Shown here: positions 26,654 to 36,700 of the stretch, in pieces
Layout of the letters: each line of letters begins with the position of its first letter
Numbering within the stretch: the first letter of the stretch is position 1
Virus record (IMG/VR): IMGVR_UViG_3300045922_001133
Span: 1,996 to 65,995 of that record
DNA: 64,000 bases
Origin: a virus
Reading direction: 5' to 3' (one strand)
The notes under the pieces: model-generated
The model's input: only the letters and a program-made list of their open reading frames with translations
What the model was told of the DNA's origin: nothing
Database searches by the model: none
Position numbers and translations under genes: made by a program

Positions 26654-29600
26654 CCCTGATAGAGCGGTCCGGTGTAACCGGAGTACTGCGGGCCGACGTT
26701 CTCGTACTCCCTCTTCGGCGCGATGATGTCCGGACGCGGGCGCACGATCATCGACCCGAGGAAGCAGTAGAGAATCGAGTGGAACGAGTCATCCGGGCGG
26801 TCCGGGCGGTGCTGGTACTGGATCATCCGCAGCGTCTCGTTGTACTCGCTGAAGATGTTCAGCATGTCCTGCGCGTAGGGCTGGTGGAACTCCTCCCAGC
26901 GGGGGAACTCGAACTGCCCGCGCTTAATAGCGGCGAAGATGTCGCTCATCACCTCGGTGCGGTGCACGAGGAAGCGGGCGAGCCGATCGTCGCGGTAGAC
27001 CTTCTTCTTCACGCGAGCCTGGTATTGGAACTTGTGGAAGCGCGCGGGACCGAACTCGCGGACGAGGACGTTGTTGCTCGCGAAGCCGCCGCCGTAGTCG
27101 GCAGCGATGATGCGGCAGTTGAAGGCCCGGATGATGGCGACGATCTTCGAGATCTGGATCTGCGGGTCGACGTCCTCGCCGGTGAATCGGTGAATCCAGA
27201 AGATGCGGAACCGATGCCCCTCGTAGTATCCGAGCGACATCACGGTGTAGCTGTTCTCGCCGGTGTTGCCTTGGTACGAGATGCAGCCGTTGCGCTCCGT
27301 GACGATGTAACCCGTCGGAACAGAGCAGCAGTACACCTTGCCGTTGTATGGCACCCGCTCAACCGAAGAAGACGGCGTGTTGAGCTGGTAGTCCCTGCCC
27401 TCGGACCAGGACACCCGCCACTGCGCTTTGCGGTTCCCGTTCGCCTCCTTGTGGGGACGAAGTACGGCGCGAAGCCCGAGTCGGATGCAGATCTCCTGGA
27501 AGTCTTCGCAGAGCCCCTTCGAGGTGGAATAGAAACTTCCGCCGGTGTTGCCGGGCCGAGGATCGATAGAACCATCACCGCCGACCATCGCACGCCAGAG
27601 AATCCAGAGCTGGCGCTGGCTGAGCCGAAGGAACTCACGCGGGATACGCTTCTCTGCTCCCGTACGCCCTACGTTCTCGGCGTACCAGTGCCAGTACTGC
27701 TTGCCGTAGATGGTCCAGTTGACGTCACCCGTCTTCGGGTTCAGGAACGCCTTGTACGGTATCTGCATCCGATCGAGGCATGCCTGAATCCGTTCGCAGA
27801 CGTGCGCGTTGACCGTTCTCCGTTGAGACATCTTCAGGCACGAGGGCCTGTCACCGTCGAAACAGAGGCCACCTTCGGTCACGAGGTACCCGAGGAGCTC
27901 AAGCCAGTCGTCCATCGAGAACGTGCGTTCGTCCGAACCGGAGTACCCGGGGCTGATCGGGAGGCCGGGCAGGGTAAAGTAAGGTACTTCTTCACCACGC
28001 CATGTGACCGAACCCACGAACTTCACGTTGCCGCCGCGCTTCACGGTCTCGCCGGCCGCTTCCGTGACCCACTTCCCGCTGGGCAGAGGGTTCACCCGCA
28101 TCCGATGGGTGTCGGTCACCATGAGATCAAGACCATCGCGCGTCTTGAAGTGAAGAAGTGGCCTGTCCCAGTCTCGGATGGTCCGGACCTTCGGGGTCAC
28201 GAACGTCATCTCCCGCGTGTCCGGATCCCACTGCGCAACCTTGTCGTCGGCCTTCAGGTCGCGGAAGTACTTGAAGCCAGTCTCGGTGAGGATGCGCGTC
28301 TCTTCGTCATGGCAGCCCCAGTCGATGCCGGCGAAGACTTCCGTCCCGTTGAGCAGCATCTTCCGCGTGCGCTCGACGGCGTCGGGGTGCATCGTGAGCT
28401 GCGGATTGCAGCAGTCCTTGATCTGCCCCATCGTCAGCGGACGAAGGCCCGAGTCGTACGAGATGCCGAGCACCTCGTTGTAGAACTTGTCGCGAGAGTA
28501 GCGGCTGTAGTCGAGGAGGATCTCGTCCCAGGGCCGCCAGGGGACCATGAGCTGCGGGATGCGGTAGCTCTCGAAGATGCCGTCAGCGACCATCTGCGCC
28601 CACTGCGCCTTCTCGTGCATCGGGTTGATGAGCGACCCGCACTTCTCGCAGATGAGACCCTTGCGACCGATGTTCTTCTCCGAAAGCACGTTCCAGTGCA
28701 TCCCGGTCTCGCCGCCGTGCTTGTCGCAGGGGACGACCCACTCGCCCTGCGTCGACATCGGCTTGCCGTCTTTCGACACGCCGGAGCGGTAGTACTCGAT
28801 GGGGTTGTCGAGGCCCTTTGGCGTACCGGCGTAGATGAACCGCCTCATCTGCTCCGGCGCGTGGGACGTGCACTGCTCGATGACGGGGATGTTGTCCGCT
28901 ATGATGTCCTGGAGCTCGTCGAGCGCGAGCAGCCAGGCAGGGATGCCTCGAGTGTTGTGGATGAACATCCCGTCGACGAGGTAGTTCTCCGTCTCGCTCA
29001 CGGTCAGGTCGTAGGTCTGAGCCTCGCCCGCCGGGTCGATGCTTGTGATGCGCGCCCATCCAAGCTCGCTTTCGGCGAGGCTGGTGAGGTAGGCGTCCTC
29101 GAGCTTCCGGGCAATCTCGGCGAGGACGCGGCGACCGATCGACGTCTTCGTGTTGCCAGGACGGAGCTGGATCTTGTGCTTCATCCACGCCGAATGGGTC
29201 GTCAGACCGTGGGCGCGTTTGAGGTAAGCGCGGAGATCGGCATAGGAAAGCGGGATGCGGTCGGCGTCGTCCTTCTTCCTGCTGACCAGGCACGCGGCCT
29301 GGTACACGGACGCAAAGGCTTCCTCCTTGCCGAGGACGGGGATCTGCTCACAGAAGGCCTTCACGGAGGCCGCGGAGCGGATCGACAGGACGTAGGCGCC
29401 CTGGGCTCCCGCCGTAGACGGCTTCTTCTGGCGGCTGACCCAGGAGACAACGCCGAACCGAAGGAGAAGGACCTTCAGGTCGTGCAGAAGTCCGAGCGAG
29501 TTGGATGCATAGCCGATCTCGAACTGCCGTCGTGAGCTCAAGCTCGCCCAGCCATCCGTCGCATAGATCGCCCCGAGCAGGGCAGCTACCTGCGCTTCGT

Positions 29601-30825
29601 TCCCGGTGAAGAAAGCAGAAGGCACGCGCTTGGTCGCGTGGTTCTGGCCAATGAGGCCAAGCTCCCGGAGGCGCTTCTTGTAGCCCTGGATACCTCCAAA
29701 GATTCCCTGCCGCTTGGTCTCGCTTTCGACCCAGTGGGCGCGGTTGCTGTCCTGGAGTTTCCCGAGCTTGGCTCCGAGGGCCTGGGCGCACCGCTGAAAA
29801 TCGGACATGACGACCGGGCAGCCGTTGAAGAAGGCCACCCCGTTGAACGTCGTCAGCGAGCCGTCTCCCAAGAGGTAGCCCACAAGGCGGTACTCCTCGA
29901 TGGGAATCTCGTTACCGCTACCGTGCGCGGAGCGGCGGGGCACAGCGACGTAGTCCCCGACGTGAAGGTCTTTGACCTGTCGCCAGCCGTTCCACGTCAG
30001 GAGAGGCTGGTTGTCCGTACACGTCGTCTCTGCCCCAGCTTCGAGGCGAACGGTGAAGACGGGGCGTCGACCTTGGTAGACGACGTCCTCGAGCTGGGCA
30101 GGGACCGGCTTGAGGGCTTCGGGATCGGCAGACCAAACCCAGCGGCCCACGTAGCTCGCCGGGTCGTCGTAGATCTCCTTCAGGGTCGCGACCGCACCAT
30201 CCGTGAAGTGCACGCGCGTGCTGCCGATCGCGCAACGGTCGGCGTTGAGGAACGCGTAGCGCATCGTGATCTTGGCGCGGTTCACGAACTGCTTCTCGAG
30301 GATGTTCATCGAGAGCGCGTTCGTCGTGTACGCCTTCAAGATCGGACTGGTCTCGATCGGCTCCTTGATACGGTCGCTCGAGAAGGTCTTCGTCTGCGTC
30401 GCTGACGGCGAGACGTATAGCGTCTTGTAGCCGGGGATGAGGCAGGAGTACGTCAGGATGATGTTGCCGAGGAGCGTCGACTTCTCGACCTGGCGCCCGC
30501 AGAAGAGCAGCACGCGCTTCGCCGGCGTGTTGTAGGGCCGCTTCATGTGACGGCGGCCCTCGAACGTGAAGTTCTCGTAGCCCGTGCCGTCCGCCTTCGG
30601 CATGCGGAAGGCGAACTCGGTGAACTGGCTTGGATAGATCGCGGGGATCTTCTCGAGCTTCTTCGCCTTGAACTCGATGTCGAGGAAGTCCTCGAAAGGC
30701 TCGGGCTCGGGCATCCAGGGCATGCCGTCCTGCATGCACTGGAGCTCTTCGTCGGTGAACTCGACGGGGTCGAGATCCTCCTCCCCCGGCGGCTGCCTCT
30801 CGATGTCTCTCTGGACCGCGTACAT
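26650..30825 (-). CDS. terL: terminase large subunit (gpA-like), with two inteins
   Basis: 1391-aa precursor, 614 aa mature; Walker A region CGRQVEKST; RG...LALDE Walker B; Zn ribbon PCDKH...CEKC; nuclease GIDWG and PDDSFHS. Confidence 0.9.
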   Translation of the reverse strand: MYAVQRDIERQPPGEEDLDPVEFTDEELQCMQDGMPWMPEPEPFEDFLDIEFKAKKLEKIPAIYPSQFTEFAFRMPKADGTGYENFTFEGRRHMKRPYNTPAKRVLLFCGRQVEKSTLLGNIILTYSCLIPGYKTLYVSPSATQTKTFSSDRIKEPIETSPILKAYTTNALSMNILEKQFVNRAKITMRYAFLNADRCAIGSTRVHFTDGAVATLKEIYDDPASYVGRWVWSADPEALKPVPAQLEDVVYQGRRPVFTVRLEAGAETTCTDNQPLLTWNGWRQVKDLHVGDYVAVPRRSAHGSGNEIPIEEYRLVGYLLGDGSLTTFNGVAFFNGCPVVMSDFQRCAQALGAKLGKLQDSNRAHWVESETKRQGIFGGIQGYKKRLRELGLIGQNHATKRVPSAFFTGNEAQVAALLGAIYATDGWASLSSRRQFEIGYASNSLGLLHDLKVLLLRFGVVSWVSRQKKPSTAGAQGAYVLSIRSAASVKAFCEQIPVLGKEEAFASVYQAACLVSRKKDDADRIPLSYADLRAYLKRAHGLTTHSAWMKHKIQLRPGNTKTSIGRRVLAEIARKLEDAYLTSLAESELGWARITSIDPAGEAQTYDLTVSETENYLVDGMFIHNTRGIPAWLLALDELQDIIADNIPVIEQCTSHAPEQMRRFIYAGTPKGLDNPIEYYRSGVSKDGKPMSTQGEWVVPCDKHGGETGMHWNVLSEKNIGRKGLICEKCGSLINPMHEKAQWAQMVADGIFESYRIPQLMVPWRPWDEILLDYSRYSRDKFYNEVLGISYDSGLRPLTMGQIKDCCNPQLTMHPDAVERTRKMLLNGTEVFAGIDWGCHDEETRILTETGFKYFRDLKADDKVAQWDPDTREMTFVTPKVRTIRDWDRPLLHFKTRDGLDLMVTDTHRMRVNPLPSGKWVTEAAGETVKRGGNVKFVGSVTWRGEEVPYFTLPGLPISPGYSGSDERTFSMDDWLELLGYLVTEGGLCFDGDRPSCLKMSQRRTVNAHVCERIQACLDRMQIPYKAFLNPKTGDVNWTIYGKQYWHWYAENVGRTGAEKRIPREFLRLSQRQLWILWRAMVGGDGSIDPRPGNTGGSFYSTSKGLCEDFQEICIRLGLRAVLRPHKEANGNRKAQWRVSWSEGRDYQLNTPSSSVERVPYNGKVYCCSVPTGYIVTERNGCISYQGNTGENSYTVMSLGYYEGHRFRIFWIHRFTGEDVDPQIQISKIVAIIRAFNCRIIAADYGGGFASNNVLVREFGPARFHKFQYQARVKKKVYRDDRLARFLVHRTEVMSDIFAAIKRGQFEFPRWEEFHQPYAQDMLNIFSEYNETLRMIQYQHRPDRPDDSFHSILYCFLGSMIVRPRPDIIAPKREYENVGPQYSGYTGPLYQG
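27265..28314 (-). mobile_element. intein 2 in TerL (LAGLIDADG, 350 aa)
   Basis: Starts CHDEETRI after GIDWG, ends ISYQGN, +1 Thr; LLGYLVTEGG and WRAMVGGDGS. Confidence 0.9.
28954..30234 (-). mobile_element. intein 1 in TerL (LAGLIDADG, 427 aa)
   Basis: Starts CAIGSTRV after NADR, ends MFIHN, +1 Thr; LVGYLLGDGS and LGAIYATDGW. Confidence 0.93.
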
Positions 30826-30841
30826 GCTATCCCTAACTCAG

Positions 30842-31117
30842 ATGTACCCGCCAAAGAGGACCGACGACGTCACCGTGTGGCTCGAGGGACTTCTCGCTTC
30901 GTTGGGCCGCGCGGGCCTCGAGTACGGGAACGACATCGGGCTCGATGAAACGGCAGAGGGCTACGAAGTGACCATACGCCTTCAAGCCCCCATCCCCAAG
31001 GAGGGGTGGGAGCCGCTGAAGGCGTACATACCGTCCTACAGTATCCAGGCCGGGTGGTTCGTCGAAGACCTGCGTCAGACGAGAAGGGTGTTGACCTTCA
31101 AGGCGTCCAAGGCCTGA
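30842..31117 (+). CDS. hypothetical protein
   Basis: About 91 aa (MYPPKRTDD...), globular-looking; antisense between terL and the upstream gene; start uncertain. Confidence 0.5.
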   Translation: MYPPKRTDDVTVWLEGLLASLGRAGLEYGNDIGLDETAEGYEVTIRLQAPIPKEGWEPLKAYIPSYSIQAGWFVEDLRQTRRVLTFKASKA

Positions 31118-31554
31118 TCGAGCTTCTCGAGGAAGGCGTTCGCGCGATCCTCCGGCGCAAGGCCGTGGCCGAAGCCCGAGCAGCGGAGCCACCACGACTT
31201 GAGCTCGTAGTCGTCGATGTACTGCGCCGCGAGGCGCTCGGGGCCGGCCTGGAAGTAGCTGCGCGCGACGACATCGAGCGTCCGTGCGAAGCTGTCGAGC
31301 CAGTACTTCCGGACCTTGTCCTCGAAGTCCTTCAACCGGGCGGGGAACTCGGCGAGCTTTTTAGCCGTCTCGATGACCTCGGGCGGCAAGAAGAAGTGGA
31401 AGATGAGGTCGCCGTCTTCGACCGCGAACTCCGCCCGGAACGTGGTGTAGTCGTTCACCTGAGTGAAGCGAATGGGCTCGACGTTCTGGGCACCCTGCTG
31501 TTTCAGCGTCTCCGTCGCCTGGTCACCCGTCATCGACGCCAGCTGGAAGTTCAT
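31075..31554 (-). CDS. hypothetical protein
   Basis: Start MNFQLASM (AGGAG RBS); 159 aa. Confidence 0.7.
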   Translation of the reverse strand: MNFQLASMTGDQATETLKQQGAQNVEPIRFTQVNDYTTFRAEFAVEDGDLIFHFFLPPEVIETAKKLAEFPARLKDFEDKVRKYWLDSFARTLDVVARSYFQAGPERLAAQYIDDYELKSWWLRCSGFGHGLAPEDRANAFLEKLDQALDALKVNTLLV

Positions 31555-32473
31555 GAGCGATCTCCTTCGGGCCCGTGTCCGTGGTGAAGCTCCCTCCACC
31601 GGCCGTCAGGGCATGTACCGTTGGAATAGCATCATCCGCCGTACGGAGAGCAATAGAAGCGAGCTGCTTGTGGAGGTCCTCGTCGGGCTTGGCGATGTCC
31701 TTGAGCACCGCGGTCATCTTCTCCGCGACGATGGCGAAGTTCAGGGCGTTGCTGGCGGCGCCCTTACCGTTCGACATGAGCTCCTCAGCCGTGCGGATCG
31801 CGGCGAACTTCTGCGCCTGCGCGATGATGACGGCGACGTCGAGGTTCGACGGCATGATGCCCATCTTCATCTGCGAGAGCATCGCGGAGATGGGCGAGAA
31901 GGGCAGGTCGGCCGCCAACTTCCGGGAGTCGTTGTAGTACGCCCGCTTCATCAGGTCGTACTGCCGCCTGATCTCGGGATCGGCGTGGTGTTCGAGCTGG
32001 GCGTAGCGGAGCTGGAGAAGCGCGCGGAGCTCGGTCGCGTCGAGGAGCTGCAGGTTCCAGAAGAACGCGCGGTAGCGCTCGATGACGGTAGGCGTGCACG
32101 TGAACCGGTAGCGGCGAGTCGTCATGAGCGCGATCGCCTGGGAGGGGGCACCGGAGATGAGGCTCGCCTCGACGAACTCCTTGACCCGCGGGAGCTCGAG
32201 GATCTTGAACGCCTTCCGCGCCGCGTCATCGGCGTGGAAGATCGAGTGGAGCCCGTTCATGTACAGGAAGTGCGACGACCGCTGATGGTTCGGGTCGAAC
32301 GGGTAGAACGGAGTCGGCGGCGTGAGGGTCGCCCGAAGACGCGACAAGTACCAGTTGCCCAGGTAGTCGACCTGGGCAAACTGGCAGATCTCGATGATCT
32401 GGGCGTCGGTGTACTTCTTCGGGTGAAGGATGAGGTACTTGAGGTACACCTCCGCCGGGCTGCGGCGGATCAT
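31523..32473 (-). CDS. hypothetical helical protein (candidate terminase small subunit)
   Basis: Start MIRRSPAE overlapping the upstream TGA; 316 aa; upstream of terL; function by position only. Confidence 0.5.
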   Translation of the reverse strand: MIRRSPAEVYLKYLILHPKKYTDAQIIEICQFAQVDYLGNWYLSRLRATLTPPTPFYPFDPNHQRSSHFLYMNGLHSIFHADDAARKAFKILELPRVKEFVEASLISGAPSQAIALMTTRRYRFTCTPTVIERYRAFFWNLQLLDATELRALLQLRYAQLEHHADPEIRRQYDLMKRAYYNDSRKLAADLPFSPISAMLSQMKMGIMPSNLDVAVIIAQAQKFAAIRTAEELMSNGKGAASNALNFAIVAEKMTAVLKDIAKPDEDLHKQLASIALRTADDAIPTVHALTAGGGSFTTDTGPKEIAHELPAGVDDG

Positions 32474-34836
32474 GAACGGGTGAACGCGAGGGTTTTGAGG
32501 CCCTCGATGGTCTCCTCGAGCGCGCGAATGCACTTCTCGAGCGCGGGCACCGGGATGTCCTGAAGCCCGAGGCGTGCGGCGATGAGGAGCTCGCAGAGGC
32601 GCTCCTGGACCTTGTCGATCTGCGGCAAGTACCCGACGAACGTGGTGATGTTCTCCGGGTTGATGAAACCGAGCGAGAGGACGGTGTCGACGGCGACGGG
32701 GTCGGGGAGGTAGGCAGCTTCCTTCACAAGGTCCTGGCGGACGACCGGCATCGAAGCAAGCTTCGCGCCGTACGCGGCGACGGCGCCGTCGAGCGCCTCC
32801 TTCATCGGGACGAGCCGCCGGCCGACCTTCACCGTCACCGGCTTCTGCGTCGCGATCGCCTCCGCGAGCTTCGACGTCGCGTAGGTCAGGTCGGTGCCGA
32901 GGCCGCCGAGGAGGAAGAGCGCGTCGTCGAGCGAGATGAACGAGCGCTCGTCACGCGCGATCTTCGCGAGATAGGGGCTCTCGAGCGTGAAGCTGTTGTC
33001 GCTGCCGGCGCGCACAACGACCGAGGCGAGCTGCTGCATCGCCTCCTTCTGCTGCCCCCATGCGCCGAGCTCGGAGACGAGCTCGACTTCCTCCTTGTCG
33101 CCGAGCGAGAGCCAGACGAAATCCGCCGGGATGAGGCAGACGCCGTCGACTTCCTGCGGGATCTTGAGACCGCCGCCGTCCTGAACGGAGAGCATCATCT
33201 GCCGGCCGTCGTAGGTCTCGACCTGGTACTGCTGCGTATCGACGGAGGCGTAGCCCGCCTTCACCGTGAAAGGGATGGTCGCCTCGCAGGCACCGTTGAG
33301 GACGCGGACGAAACAGCCGTGGCCCTGAGGAGTGTCGCCGAGCGGGAGCTCGGGGACGTCCTCGGTGAGGCGCTCGCCGACGATCGCCTCCTGCACCGCG
33401 GCGTGGACGCCGTCGGTGAAGAGCGCGATCGGAAGCGGCGTGCCGTTCGTGTCGAAGAGGTTCGGGAAGACAAACCCGGAGAGCTCGGTGCCGTCGGTCG
33501 ACTTCACCCTGTAGAAGCCGTAGCCCGAGATGAGCTCGGCGCGGTTCTCCTCCGGGCTAGCCTGGACACCCTCGCCGTCGGTCATCGTCACGGAGCCGGA
33601 GAGGTCGGCTGCGAGAACGACCTTCTCCCCGAAGCGCTTTACCGCCTCGCCGCGGTCGATCTCCTCGACGCTCGGCGCCCACGCGCGGTGGCTCGCCTGC
33701 TTCACCGAGTAGCCCTCGGCCTCCTTGCGGAGCTGGACGATGGAGGGGGTGAGGTTGTCGAGGACGCTCGAGGTCTTCGCCCACTCGTTCTCGTTCGGCT
33801 CGAAGGAAAACAGCCTCTGGATGGCGTCGTGGGTCGCGTGCGCGTTCTTCACGTACGCCGCCTGGAGGCTCTTGTCGAAGCGGTCGGTGAAGGCGACGTA
33901 GTCGGCCACCTCGATCGTCGGAAGAATCGCCTCGAGGATCGAGCCGGTCTTCTCCTTGTGCTTCTTGTACAGATGATGGCCGAGTGCTGCCGCCGCCGCA
34001 GCGGCACTGACTGCGCCAAGGACTTTCCCGGGCTTCTCGGCCTTCTCGATGAAGGATTCGAGCGCCGTACGCTTGTACGCCGGCAGCGGCGGGATGGGTG
34101 CGTCAGCCGCCTTTACCAGGTTCGGCGTCATCGACTTGATGGTGTTCGTCGTCGGGAGCGTGGCCTGCGCGTTCGGGACGCCGGCGGCGCTCGCCGTCTT
34201 CTTCCCCTTGAGCGTCTTCTGCCCCTTGAGCTTGGCGACGTCCGCCGGCGAGAGGCCGAGGACCTTCTCGAGCTTCGCGTGGAAGTGGTCCTGCGTCGGG
34301 AGCTCGCCGCCCGAGGCGGCGGCCTTGCCCATGCCGGCCTGGCCGACCATACCGCCGCCGCCGAAGCCGTAATTCTGGCGGTACGGCGGGTAGAGCTGCC
34401 CGACCATCGACATGTCGCCCGGCGTCCTGCCGGTGACGTCGAACGCCTGCGGGCGGAAAAGCGCCTGGCGAAGCCGGCCCTCGGTGAGCGGGAGCGCCCT
34501 CGAATCCGCGGTGACGAGGACGTCGAAGGGCATGAGCTTCCGGTCTTTGATGATGACCGGGATGCGCACCTGCTGGATGCCGATCACCCGCATCTGCTCG
34601 GGCGAGAGGCCCTGCTGGACCTCGGACTTGTTCTGCACCCCGACGTGACCGAAGCCGTAACCGCGCTCGGCGTCGACCTTGTCCATCACGACCTGCGGGT
34701 CGAAGTCCGCGATGTACGGAACCTGCTTGAAGAGCTCCTGCAGGATCTCGTTCGGCCACGCGTTCGCGTCCTCCGGGAGAGCAACTTCGGCAGCGGACTT
34801 CTCGAGCGTGGCGCTGGGCTGGATGTACAAGTCCAT
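32470..34836 (-). CDS. large hypothetical virion protein with K-x-A-bounded insert
   Basis: 788 aa; EKSAA at aa 12-16; GKAAAS, KKTASA, VKAAD, EKTGS around a basic, hydrophobic insert; GGAGAG RBS. Confidence 0.75.
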   Translation of the reverse strand: MDLYIQPSATLEKSAAEVALPEDANAWPNEILQELFKQVPYIADFDPQVVMDKVDAERGYGFGHVGVQNKSEVQQGLSPEQMRVIGIQQVRIPVIIKDRKLMPFDVLVTADSRALPLTEGRLRQALFRPQAFDVTGRTPGDMSMVGQLYPPYRQNYGFGGGGMVGQAGMGKAAASGGELPTQDHFHAKLEKVLGLSPADVAKLKGQKTLKGKKTASAAGVPNAQATLPTTNTIKSMTPNLVKAADAPIPPLPAYKRTALESFIEKAEKPGKVLGAVSAAAAAAALGHHLYKKHKEKTGSILEAILPTIEVADYVAFTDRFDKSLQAAYVKNAHATHDAIQRLFSFEPNENEWAKTSSVLDNLTPSIVQLRKEAEGYSVKQASHRAWAPSVEEIDRGEAVKRFGEKVVLAADLSGSVTMTDGEGVQASPEENRAELISGYGFYRVKSTDGTELSGFVFPNLFDTNGTPLPIALFTDGVHAAVQEAIVGERLTEDVPELPLGDTPQGHGCFVRVLNGACEATIPFTVKAGYASVDTQQYQVETYDGRQMMLSVQDGGGLKIPQEVDGVCLIPADFVWLSLGDKEEVELVSELGAWGQQKEAMQQLASVVVRAGSDNSFTLESPYLAKIARDERSFISLDDALFLLGGLGTDLTYATSKLAEAIATQKPVTVKVGRRLVPMKEALDGAVAAYGAKLASMPVVRQDLVKEAAYLPDPVAVDTVLSLGFINPENITTFVGYLPQIDKVQERLCELLIAARLGLQDIPVPALEKCIRALEETIEGLKTLAFTRS

Positions 34837-34846
34837 GATCTCTCCG

Positions 34847-35494
34847 TCAGACCAGTAGGGTAGCCTGAATGCCCGCCCACGCGGAGGGGGCCTTGGTCAC
34901 AAGAAGTACACCGTAGACGGTCTCACCCGGAAGGATTGTGTCCGAGCCGAGGGAGAGACCGGTGGAGAAGTCTGCGTTGATCGCCGCGCCGGCGGCGCTC
35001 ATCTGGATGTTCTCCCACGAGATGACGAAGACGGGGCCGGCGGAGAGCGCGGAGGCGAGAGAGCCCGCGAACGACACCGCGGGGATCTTCGCCGCGATGC
35101 CCGCCTGGATGAGCGCCTCGATGCCGCCGATCTGTACACCGAGCGTCGCGGAGAACGCAGCGAGCGCGGAGAGCTGGGCGCCGACCTCGAGGGAGACCGC
35201 CGGGATCGCGCCGGAGAGCGCGAGGTTGATGGTGGCGGAGAGGACGGCAATGCCCGCGAGCGCGGCGGCGAAGCCGGCATAGGGATTCGAGATCCCGAGA
35301 CTGATGTCGAGCGATGCCTGGAGCGCGGCAGAGAGCTGCGCGGAGAGGTTCGCCGAAAGCGCGCCGAGGCCAAGCGACCCGAAGAGGGTGAAGTCGATCT
35401 GCGCGAGCAGCGGATTCAGGACGGCGAGCGAGCCGGCGGCGGCGACGTTGATGTCGACGAGCGTGCCCGCGAAGACTGCGCCGTTGTACGCCAT
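34847..35494 (-). CDS. Ala/Leu-rich hydrophobic protein next to the spike gene
   Basis: 215 aa, almost uncharged; GAGGAG RBS. Confidence 0.7.
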   Translation of the reverse strand: MAYNGAVFAGTLVDINVAAAGSLAVLNPLLAQIDFTLFGSLGLGALSANLSAQLSAALQASLDISLGISNPYAGFAAALAGIAVLSATINLALSGAIPAVSLEVGAQLSALAAFSATLGVQIGGIEALIQAGIAAKIPAVSFAGSLASALSAGPVFVISWENIQMSAAGAAINADFSTGLSLGSDTILPGETVYGVLLVTKAPSAWAGIQATLLV

Positions 35495-35500
35495 GGCTCC

Positions 35501-36697
35501 TCAGGTCAGGACCGTCGGCGCCCCCGTGATGACCGTGCCGAAGAGCACGAGCGGCGGCGAGCCGGGGATGGGGACAGGGGTGTAGGGGATCATGACCTGC
35601 ACCATCGAGCCGAGGTGCGCGACGGGCTTGGCGCCGGGACCGAGGCGGACGACACCGCCCTTCAGGTGCGCGAACGCACCGCCGTCGATGGTCGCGCCGT
35701 TCTTCGCCGTGACAGAGTACTCCGCCTCGGTCTTGAACTGGATGCCTTCATCGGCGGAGATGTGGAGGCGCTTCGCGGTCCGAAGAACGATGCTCCCCTT
35801 CGCGCGGAGGAGGACGTTCCCGGCCTTGTCGAAGAAGAAGCGGAAGACCTGCGAGCTCTTCGCTCCGGGCTCCTGCGCGCCGCTCTGCGGGTTGAACCCA
35901 CCAGGAGCGACGACGACCTCGCACATGATGAAGTTCTCTTTGGTCCCCATCCCGAGCTGGTTGATGTCGCCGGCGGCGCCGTCGTCGGGTTCCACCATCA
36001 GGTCGGTGCACTTGCCTATCTTCACGCGGACGTCCGCGCTCTTGTCGTTCGCGTAGACGCGGAACGAGTGGGTGTACTCCGTAGGGAGCTTGTCGAGGTT
36101 CGCGCCGGTCTGCACGCTCCAGAGGATGGATCCGCCAGCGTTGTGGTGAGCGTAGTTCTCGCTCACGTCCATGATGAAGTTGTTCAGCGGAATGTAGATG
36201 CGCTGAGCGAGCTCGGTTGAGCCGAGCTGGAGGACGCCGCCGCGATGGAGGATGACGAAGTTGTCGTCGCGCGTGCGGAAGAGGATGTCGCCGGGCTTCA
36301 CGCGCGGCCGACCGCCGGCGAAAGACGCACCAACGGACGAGCGGTTCGGCTTCGAGTGGCTCGTCGTGCCCTTCTCCGCATCCGCCGCTGCGAGGTCGAC
36401 GTTCTCGACCGGCATGATGAACGTCGAGACGTAGGGCGGGCTCGAGTCACTCGGGAGCGTGACCATGCACTTCGCCCCGATCTCCGGAAAGATGCTCATG
36501 CCCTCCCCGTTCGAGTAGTGCATGTACGGGCTTCCGACCTGGATGTCGAAGTACTTCTTCCGGTCGAACTGGGTGACGACGTCGACCGTCCAGTTCACCA
36601 GGTTGAGGCCCACGACTTTCCCTTGAACCACCTGCGCGGCGACGTTGCCGGCCTGGCTCGTGAAGGAAGTTCGGAACCGCGGAGTGCCCTCGCCCAT
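35501..36697 (-). CDS. putative baseplate central spike (gpV/gp5-like) with PAAR-like C-terminus
   Basis: N-terminal OB-like GKVVGLNL...VDV...GSPY...FPEIGAKCMV; beta-repeat ISADEGIQFK; C-terminal PVAHLGS...GTVITGAPTVLT. Confidence 0.7.
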   Translation of the reverse strand: MGEGTPRFRTSFTSQAGNVAAQVVQGKVVGLNLVNWTVDVVTQFDRKKYFDIQVGSPYMHYSNGEGMSIFPEIGAKCMVTLPSDSSPPYVSTFIMPVENVDLAAADAEKGTTSHSKPNRSSVGASFAGGRPRVKPGDILFRTRDDNFVILHRGGVLQLGSTELAQRIYIPLNNFIMDVSENYAHHNAGGSILWSVQTGANLDKLPTEYTHSFRVYANDKSADVRVKIGKCTDLMVEPDDGAAGDINQLGMGTKENFIMCEVVVAPGGFNPQSGAQEPGAKSSQVFRFFFDKAGNVLLRAKGSIVLRTAKRLHISADEGIQFKTEAEYSVTAKNGATIDGGAFAHLKGGVVRLGPGAKPVAHLGSMVQVMIPYTPVPIPGSPPLVLFGTVITGAPTVLT

Positions 36698-36700
36698 GCG

